Source: an uncultured Methanosarcinales archaeon
GTDB lineage: Archaea > Nanobdellota > Nanobdellia > Woesearchaeales > ARS49
Reading direction: 5' to 3'
Assembly: GCA_964637115.1 (NCBI GenBank)
Contig: CAZWVL010000002.1
Span: 1-64,000, forward strand
Length of the DNA: 64,000 nt
The translations under genes were made by a program, and so were the position numbers. Shown one piece after another: positions 57,731 to 64,000 of the stretch; positions within the stretch are counted from its first letter, which is position 1, and each line of letters starts with the position of its first letter. The notes under the pieces were generated by a model. The model worked only from the letters and a program-made list of their open reading frames with translations. It searched no databases and was not told where the DNA came from.

Positions 57731-57785
57731 GATTTGTTATGTGTTGAGGTGTTTAATATAATCATCGACGACAAAATTGGAAGAA

Positions 57786-58025
57786 TTACGGAATCTGCAG
57801 TATTTTTTGTCTTTGACGTCAGCCCGGATACTATTGTAACGTTCTTTTTCGTCAATCTGGCAAAGAACTTGATAACTGCAATGTTTGCTTTGTTGTCTTC
57901 GGGAGGAGCGGAAATAGCAACTCTGTATGCCTGTTTTTCCTCATCATAACAAAGAATTTCATCCTTTTTGTGTTTGGCTTGACGATAATCTTGATTTTTC
58001 CACTTATAGGTATTTCTGGAGCCAT
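57786..58025 (-). pseudogene. DUF167 (YggU)-family gene broken by two homopolymer indels
   Basis: KIKIIVKPNTK lies in one frame, KDEILCYDE...APPEDNKAN in the -1 frame, and ILQIP* back in the first frame. Confidence 0.7.
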
Positions 58026-58675
58026 TCACGAACCTCTTGCAATACTTGTGGCGTTTCTTCACCGAAATCATGGTCAGTGCCGGGCAAGATGACGAGCTTC
58101 TTAGGATTATTTGCTAGCTTGTCAAGCTCATATGCTTCTTTTACTGGAAGCACAGAATCGCTACTGCCATGAACAATCAGCAAGGGAGCTTTTATTTTTT
58201 TCACTGCAGCTAAAATATCAGTCTTTGCCAAATCGTCAAGAAATGATTTTGGCAGCTCCTTATTCACCCACTCGCGGGCATACTTCGTCATGCGCTGAGG
58301 ATTGGGTTTTGAAGGGCCTGCAAGCGAAACGACAACATCGACTTTTGCACCGGCTAACAGGGCGACAGCAGCACCCATGCTATGGCCAACCAAGGCAATA
58401 GAAGCACATCCCCGCTTTTTCATGAAGTCAACAGCGGCCAATGCGTCATCTGTTTCTTTGCTGTACGTTGCTTCTTCAAATACGCCTTCACTTTCGCCAT
58501 TGCCGCTGAAATCAAAACGCAAAGTCAAGAATTCATCACGTAGAAAATCAGCAAACGGATTCATACCTGCTTTATTGCCGGTAAAACCGTGCAGAAGAAC
58601 AACCCCCTTCTTACCCTGTCCTTCCAGAATACCAATCAGTTTTTCCTTTTGCTTGTTGAGAAACGAAACTTTCAT
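58004..58675 (-). CDS. Alpha/beta-fold hydrolase
   Basis: LHGFTG, RFDFSGNGES, GHSMG, HGSSD and DH. Confidence 0.88.
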   Translation of the reverse strand: MKVSFLNKQKEKLIGILEGQGKKGVVLLHGFTGNKAGMNPFADFLRDEFLTLRFDFSGNGESEGVFEEATYSKETDDALAAVDFMKKRGCASIALVGHSMGAAVALLAGAKVDVVVSLAGPSKPNPQRMTKYAREWVNKELPKSFLDDLAKTDILAAVKKIKAPLLIVHGSSDSVLPVKEAYELDKLANNPKKLVILPGTDHDFGEETPQVLQEVREWLQKYL

Positions 58676-58986
58676 TTATACTCGCGCCAAGTGTGTCCGC
58701 ATTTCTTGCATTTGTGGAATCTGGTTGGAGGCTCATCAGCAGAACGCGTCTGCAGCTCCCAATATTCGGCTTTCACAGGACCACATTTGGGACAGTTGGC
58801 ATCAATAATGACGTTAATCGAGACTTCATTTTCAACAATAACAAAATCCTTAGGTTTTTCCTTAACAGACTCTGTAATCGTGACGCTTTCAGCGGCCTGT
58901 TTGTAGCCACAGCCGCAAACAAACTGCTTCTTTCCCCCAACTGACTTCGGCATCATAATGCTTTTGCACTTGGGACAAAACATCAT
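58672..58986 (-). CDS. tfs: Transcription factor S (TFS/RpoM)
   Basis: MMFCPKC...CGC and CPKC...LQTRSADEPPTRFHKCKKCGHTWREY; ATGA overlap at 58986. Confidence 0.93.
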   Translation of the reverse strand: MMFCPKCKSIMMPKSVGGKKQFVCGCGYKQAAESVTITESVKEKPKDFVIVENEVSINVIIDANCPKCGPVKAEYWELQTRSADEPPTRFHKCKKCGHTWREYK

Positions 58987-59609
58987 TTGAAGCCTCCCAT
59001 AATCAAACTCCACAGGTCAACAGCTACAATCTTCACCCAGCCAAGCAATGGAACACGCCAGACTGCCTTGCCGATAACTCTCTCCTGTGGAATGTGTTGT
59101 TCAAAATCTCCAGTATCACAATTATGGTCACCCTTGGTCCAGAATAATTTCTTGCCATTTTCCTCTTTTATATTTATAGTGCGGTGAATAATCGGGTCAG
59201 GCCGGTTTGGCACTATGTAAACAATCACATCGCCTATTTCTGCTTTCTTAGGGCTGTACAAAATTATGATGTCCCCTTTATTGAATCCATTGACGAAATC
59301 AAAATCGTGGAACTGAGTTCTCGTGATGTTGATGTGCTCATACCACTGCCCTTGAATTTCCTGTCTTGAACACATCTCATTACAGCACATCGGCTGCATC
59401 CAAAACTCTTCAAAATTGCCGTCGTGCTCCATACTGCCGGAAACAACTGCAACAATCGGTGCAGGTGTTCCTAAAAACCAGCCAAGGCCAGGATAGAGCA
59501 GGAACTTAATGATAACAAACGCTAAAAGAACATTGACAATCCAGCTGAGCAAGCTATCTTCTTCCCAGATGAAATACCAGAATTTCTTCAATACTTCTTT
59601 GAAACCCAT
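58983..59609 (-). CDS. Signal peptidase I (archaeal Sec11-type)
   Basis: VVSGSME (Ser), KGD, IIHR (His) and TKGDHN. Confidence 0.9.
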   Translation of the reverse strand: MGFKEVLKKFWYFIWEEDSLLSWIVNVLLAFVIIKFLLYPGLGWFLGTPAPIVAVVSGSMEHDGNFEEFWMQPMCCNEMCSRQEIQGQWYEHINITRTQFHDFDFVNGFNKGDIIILYSPKKAEIGDVIVYIVPNRPDPIIHRTINIKEENGKKLFWTKGDHNCDTGDFEQHIPQERVIGKAVWRVPLLGWVKIVAVDLWSLIMGGFK

Positions 59610-59641
59610 TAGAAGAACTTTCCTAGAACGGCTTAAAAAGG

Positions 59642-60397
59642 TTATTGTTTTGCGCCGGTGCTCTTTTCAATCTCTGTAAAGTAGAACTTGAGCCTTTTGT
59701 TACTTGCATCTTTGACTTCTTTCAGCTCAGCAGCATAATCTAGCGCTGCCTTATCCTGCGCTTCTAGTTCTTCTTTGTATGAATTTCTGAGACGGCGGCT
59801 CTCTGCCTGCTCACGCTGCTCCAAACTAATAAATAAATATCCTTTATCAGGACTGGGAGCGCCATCCGGCTGTCCGAACCACACAAAGAGAGTTCCTGGA
59901 TTTTCGCTTACATATTTATTGTCAAAGCCGAATTTAATGCTCCGCCTGAGATTGTTATATTTCGCATCAAGCCCTTTGATTTCAAAATCTTCTGTTGACT
60001 GAACTATCCATTTCATGTCAGCTATTTGGTGCAAACCTATTTGTTTTACAACATCAGGATTAAGCTGCTTGGACAAGTTACTTGGTTTTCCCTCTGGGAA
60101 AAGCATGCCGTATGCCCAAGTGCCATCACGATTGGAAAGCGCATTTTTAATGAGGTCTTCGATTTCCTGTGCAACCTGTTTCTGGCATGGTTTCGCCTGC
60201 TCGTCATTATAGATTGAGAATAATTTCTGAGATTTCTGGTACGAATTAAGATGCTCGTAATCGAACCCTTTGAGTTTTTCAATCACCGAAGGACGTTTCC
60301 TGTCTTGCACTATGGCGTCAATTGTAAAACCTAGACCGGCTCCTAAAGCTGATCCGAACAAAGCAGGAATAATCCACTTTGAAAAAAGCTTGTTCAT
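59642..60397 (-). CDS. N-terminally anchored hypothetical protein
   Basis: One hydrophobic N-terminal helix and a C-terminal coiled coil. Confidence 0.6.
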   Translation of the reverse strand: MNKLFSKWIIPALFGSALGAGLGFTIDAIVQDRKRPSVIEKLKGFDYEHLNSYQKSQKLFSIYNDEQAKPCQKQVAQEIEDLIKNALSNRDGTWAYGMLFPEGKPSNLSKQLNPDVVKQIGLHQIADMKWIVQSTEDFEIKGLDAKYNNLRRSIKFGFDNKYVSENPGTLFVWFGQPDGAPSPDKGYLFISLEQREQAESRRLRNSYKEELEAQDKAALDYAAELKEVKDASNKRLKFYFTEIEKSTGAKQ

Positions 60398-60463
60398 AGC
60401 ACTTTTAATGACGATTTAATATATAAACCTTTCGTTCATTAGTCACTCTTTAGTAGTTATTAA

Positions 60464-60940
60464 ATGACTGGGTGCTTTAAAAAGGGTCATAAGCTCCTCC
60501 ATAATATGAAAGAAAGGCCAAAGGATTATTTTGAAGGTATATTGCAGATCAGAGGAGGCGGTCCAGAATTGCTCTCTTGGATACATAACAGAATAAAGAC
60601 CGATGGCAGGGCACGAGTAGCTAAAGAAAAGAAAGTAACCAACGGTGTAGATGTATACCTCAGCGACCAGCACTATTTGCAGAACCTCGGCAGGCAATTG
60701 AAACAAAAGTTTACCGGCATACTTAAAGTCAGCAGGAGACTGCACACTGTTGACAAGATGACTAGCAAATTTTTGTACAGAGTAACTGTGCTTTTCAAAG
60801 TGCTTCCATTCAAAAGAGGAGATGTTATAACAGTGCATGGCGAACAAGTGGAAATTCTCAACATCGGTAATAGGGCACAAGTAAAAGATGTCAAAAGCGG
60901 CGCGAAAAAAGATGTGAATTTAGAATTCTTAAGACGGTAA
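60464..60940 (+). CDS. NMD3-related protein (C-terminal part)
   Basis: YFEGILQIR, GVDVYLSD and LHTVDKMTSKFLYRVTV; the start may be a few codons later. Confidence 0.7.
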   Translation: MTGCFKKGHKLLHNMKERPKDYFEGILQIRGGGPELLSWIHNRIKTDGRARVAKEKKVTNGVDVYLSDQHYLQNLGRQLKQKFTGILKVSRRLHTVDKMTSKFLYRVTVLFKVLPFKRGDVITVHGEQVEILNIGNRAQVKDVKSGAKKDVNLEFLRR

Positions 60941-62077
60941 GCGCTCTTTTTTGTATTCTTCGACAATTTTTGCCAATACAGCACGTTCTGCACGAACTTT
61001 GTCCAACCAGGCACGCTTTACGAGAACAATTTTATTTAGCAATTCACATTCCTCGGCCGGAATACAGGCAAAAGGCAGTTGTTCACGCGCGCGATGGCCT
61101 GGAAGCTTTCCACAAATAATAATTTGAATACCTTTCTGGTGCAGCCATTCAACAGCCCTGTCGCTCATCTCATTTGCATCATCAGCAAACAGAACATTGC
61201 CTTCAGTAATCAAATCCTTGTTTTTCATCACATCATCCCAGCCAAGCCGAGCGAGACGCAAAACAGGTAATCTATCCTGCTGAAGCAATGTTTTTTCCAG
61301 TCTTTCAATAAGCATCATCAGTTTTGATTGCATCTGCATGGAATTTTTCAAGCGCATTGTCAATGACTGAATCTGGCCGTCCTTGATTTTTGCTATCTCA
61401 GCGGGAGTTTTGGGCTTGACGAGAATGCTTGTTTTACTGTGCAGCAAGCTCAATTGCTGTTTCAGAGCAAATACTTCTTCTTCCAAAGCCCTGTTTCTCG
61501 ACGATAAAATAGCGGCATCTTTGCGGGTACGTGAAAATAGGCCATGCAAATGGATAATTTCTTCATCACGCTTCTGCTCTTCTGGCTGCATCTCCAAAAT
61601 TTCCTCTTTGGGTGTCAAGATTGAAATGGCCGAACGGATGCTGATTCTTTCTTTGATGACTAATTCTGCAATATCTTCAAATAAACTTAACCGTTTTTCC
61701 CGCTCCAAAAACAAACGAATCTTATTCAGCAGCGGATGGATTTTCTTGAATGCAATGCGGGCACTGGCAAGTGCGTCCATCTCATGTGAATTATGAAATG
61801 TAAAATCAGCAGCCATATGCCTTTTTTCATCAACACGAACATCCTGCAGAGGGCCAATAACTTTTGCGCCAAGCTTTGTTGCAGCCTCTTCAACAAAAGA
61901 GGGAATTTTTGACTTGTCGCTGCCAACAATAATCACTGTGCCATATTGTGTAAGTTTTGCAACAAGCGAGTCAAGATCAAGTTCTTTCTGTGCACCAGAA
62001 GCGACATGTTTGCCATGAAGGTCAAACACTGCCCAGCCAACAGTTGTTCCAGGATCAATGCCAGCGACAAGCTTCAT
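60929..62077 (-). CDS. DUF460-family protein (RNase H-like fold plus coiled coil)
   Basis: VAGIDPGTTVG, GSDK and HEMDALASA. Confidence 0.8.
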   Translation of the reverse strand: MKLVAGIDPGTTVGWAVFDLHGKHVASGAQKELDLDSLVAKLTQYGTVIIVGSDKSKIPSFVEEAATKLGAKVIGPLQDVRVDEKRHMAADFTFHNSHEMDALASARIAFKKIHPLLNKIRLFLEREKRLSLFEDIAELVIKERISIRSAISILTPKEEILEMQPEEQKRDEEIIHLHGLFSRTRKDAAILSSRNRALEEEVFALKQQLSLLHSKTSILVKPKTPAEIAKIKDGQIQSLTMRLKNSMQMQSKLMMLIERLEKTLLQQDRLPVLRLARLGWDDVMKNKDLITEGNVLFADDANEMSDRAVEWLHQKGIQIIICGKLPGHRAREQLPFACIPAEECELLNKIVLVKRAWLDKVRAERAVLAKIVEEYKKERLPS

Positions 62078-62748
62078 GTCTTTAATATGAGATTTCCCCT
62101 TCCCTTTTTGACTTTCTTTATGAGGCCCTTTGCCTCAAGATCATCAATCATCAACGAAATTTTTGCTTCAGAATAAGGAAAGTTCTTCCTGATATCCTTC
62201 TGTGTAGTTCTTCCGCCTTCTTTCTCAATAAACTCCATAATCTTCTGCAATTCTTCAGGAACCGCAACTTCCCTAATTTCCTTGATTGTTTCAATTACTT
62301 TTTCAACAACTTTTGTGGGCTTGCGTGAAACTTTGAATACAATGTAGCCAAGAACCACAAAAGCAACCAGCCATACCAGCCAGCTAAGAGCCGGTTTTTT
62401 AGATAATTCTTCAAAAGGCGCTTCAGCCTCTATAAGCAGTTCATCATCAGCTTCAAAAGTCGGAAGCAGAATTAAATCTAAAACATAATCGCCTTCTTCT
62501 TGTGCAGTAATGTTTTCTATAATTTCAGAATCAGTTTTGTTATGCCAGGCGTGCAGTGAATATGTTCCGGCCGGAACGCTAAATGAATACGAGCCATCCT
62601 TGGCCACCATGAGCTGGCGAGGAGTGCTATTTATTTCAACTACCGCGTTTGGCAGCAGATTCAAGCCGAAATCATACACAATTCCATGAATTGAGACCCC
62701 CAAAACTGAAGGCAAAATCAGGAGCCACAAAACCCAAAACATCCTCAT
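62074..62748 (-). CDS. Membrane protein: extracellular Ig-like domain, TM helix and cytoplasmic wHTH
   Basis: SIHGIVYD..DGSYSFSVPAGTY, TM helix, then GGRTTQKDIRK..SEAKISLMIDDLEAKG..KKGRGN. Confidence 0.75.
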   Translation of the reverse strand: MRMFWVLWLLILPSVLGVSIHGIVYDFGLNLLPNAVVEINSTPRQLMVAKDGSYSFSVPAGTYSLHAWHNKTDSEIIENITAQEEGDYVLDLILLPTFEADDELLIEAEAPFEELSKKPALSWLVWLVAFVVLGYIVFKVSRKPTKVVEKVIETIKEIREVAVPEELQKIMEFIEKEGGRTTQKDIRKNFPYSEAKISLMIDDLEAKGLIKKVKKGRGNLILKT

Positions 62749-63019
62749 ACACATGCAGTACTTTTTCTAATATATAAAGATTGTGAGATAGTAAGTCGAA
62801 AAACTAAGCGTTTTTTGAGAAAAGGAGCATAAATCATTCTCCTTTAAGCTAAAAAGAGCCAAATGAACCTTTGTAAAGTATTAAGGCTGGAAGAACAGTT
62901 CCGATTCTCGAAGTCATGAAAGTATGTTTTTAAGCATCTTCAGGCATAGTAATGGTCATGAAAACAAGTTACTTAACCGGCAACGCCGAAACATGCATCG
63001 CATGGAGTAACGTGATAAT

Positions 63020-63083
63020 AACCCACTTGGAGGTAACGCCGAATGAGTTTGGCGGATCTCCAAGTGGAACCCACTTGGAGGTG
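63020..63083 (+). promoter_or_regulatory. Candidate translational RNA switch overlapping the SD
   Basis: 15-nt direct repeat at 63020-63034 and 63068-63082 flanking its 10-nt reverse complement at 63058-63067; SD GGAGGTG at 63077-63083. Confidence 0.6.
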
Positions 63084-63088
63084 GAAAC

Positions 63089-63946
63089 ATGAAAAATTTG
63101 ATAGCGATACTCGCTATTTTACTGGTAGTGTTAGCACCGGTAGCTCTTGCAGAAGAGAACGGCGACGCTTCAGATAGCGAAGACAAATCTCCGCGGGAAA
63201 AAGCCAAGGAGCGAATGGAAAACGCCAAAAGCAACATAGCAGAGCGCAAAGAAATGCGTGAAGAACGCAAACAAATGCGCCTTGAAACGCGCGAGGAAAT
63301 TAGAGCACTTCGAGAAAGCGTAAAAGCAGCTTGTGAAGCAGACAAGAACAGCGAAGAGTGCAAGACCGCACGCATGGATGCACGCGATGCAAAGCATACT
63401 TTGCTCGGACGCATAGCAGAAAAAATGGGTCCAACATTCAAACGTGCAGAAATGCTCAAGACAAGACTTGCAAGAATCCTTGCACACCTTGAAAGAAAAG
63501 GAAAGGATGTAAGCGGCCTTGACACAGGAGCTATCAACGCAAAGATAACAGAAGCACAAGCAATCTTTGACGAAGCAAAGAAGCTCTTTGAGCAGGCACG
63601 TGCTGCAGAAGCAGGCGAGAAAGACGAGCTCATGAAACAAGCAGCTCAGAAATTCCGCGAAGCCAACAAAGCGCTGAAAGAAGCCCGTGCACTGATTGTT
63701 GACTGGCTGAAATCAGTCAAGCAAAAAGATGCAAACGCAGTCGAAGAAAGCGCTTCAACAGCTCCAGCCGATGTAGATACAACTGCACCAGCAGCTGATG
63801 CAAATGCGACATCAGCAACGAACGTCACTTCCAGCACGGATAGTGATGATTCTGAAGATGAGTCAGAAGATGACGAGTCTGAAGATGCTGATGAAGGAAA
63901 TGCATCATCTCAGGTCAACGCCAGCACGAACGGAACAACCGCGTAA
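63089..63946 (+). CDS. Secreted coiled-coil protein with an acidic, disordered C-terminal tail
   Basis: Signal peptide (ALA|E), E/K/R-rich helices, one Cys pair, and a D/E/S-rich tail with N-x-T/S sequons. Confidence 0.75.
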   Translation: MKNLIAILAILLVVLAPVALAEENGDASDSEDKSPREKAKERMENAKSNIAERKEMREERKQMRLETREEIRALRESVKAACEADKNSEECKTARMDARDAKHTLLGRIAEKMGPTFKRAEMLKTRLARILAHLERKGKDVSGLDTGAINAKITEAQAIFDEAKKLFEQARAAEAGEKDELMKQAAQKFREANKALKEARALIVDWLKSVKQKDANAVEESASTAPADVDTTAPAADANATSATNVTSSTDSDDSEDESEDDESEDADEGNASSQVNASTNGTTA

Positions 63947-63962
63947 ACCTTAAATAGGAAGG

Positions 63963-64000
63963 ATGATGATGGCTACGAACATGAGAAACGCAGTAATTGC
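63963..64000 (+). CDS. Partial ORF running off the window end
   Basis: AGGAAGG SD-like sequence then MMMATNMRNAVI... Confidence 0.4.
   Translation, partial: MMMATNMRNAVI

Noticed and set aside
63058-63088. TCCAAGTGGAAC and GTGGAAAC resemble archaeal ORB origin boxes
   Set aside because: The spacing differs from TTCCAGTGGAAAC, there is no adjacent cdc6/orc1 or clear unwinding element, and the overlap with the SD explains the sequence better.
218-63837. Numerous antisense and alternate-frame ORFs in the six-frame track (e.g. 218-871, 4498-4971, 29271-30068, 62956-63633)
   Set aside because: They lie wholly over well-supported genes and show no motifs, signal peptides or SDs; they are shadow ORFs.

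Overview
This 64 kb window is gene-dense archaeal chromosome. AglB/STT3, TFS, HerA-Mre11, NucS, TrmB, NMD3-like, DUF460 and OapABC/ArvABC genes, TATA/BRE promoters and many small membrane-anchored orphans point to a DPANN lineage, most likely Woesearchaeota-like; this lineage call is inferred from gene content only. It holds about 70 CDS and one intronless tRNA-Trp(CCA). No CRISPR array, rRNA, integrase or transposase was seen. The centre (about 11.5-32.5 kb) is a cell-envelope locus: an amino-sugar pathway, five GT4s, a GT2, a GT-C-like protein and an AglB fused to an FKBP prolyl isomerase. Divergent from aglB are a protein resembling a Gram-negative outer-membrane beta-barrel (C-terminus ...IRYDF), a lipoprotein with a TolA-like tail, a Gly/aromatic repeat protein and S-layer-like Ig-fold proteins. 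Other highlights: a possible AEP-like primase/polymerase after herA-mre11; a two-repeat basic protein before the oap/arv GTPase operon; a tetraloop-capped candidate ncRNA (10.1 kb); tandem Tyr-rich secreted paralogs next to a hairpin array (56.3-57.5 kb); a doubly frameshifted DUF167; and a mutually exclusive Shine-Dalgarno-sequestering RNA switch (63.0 kb). All family calls come from motif recognition by eye with no database search, and several start codons were adjusted by hand from the ORF track.
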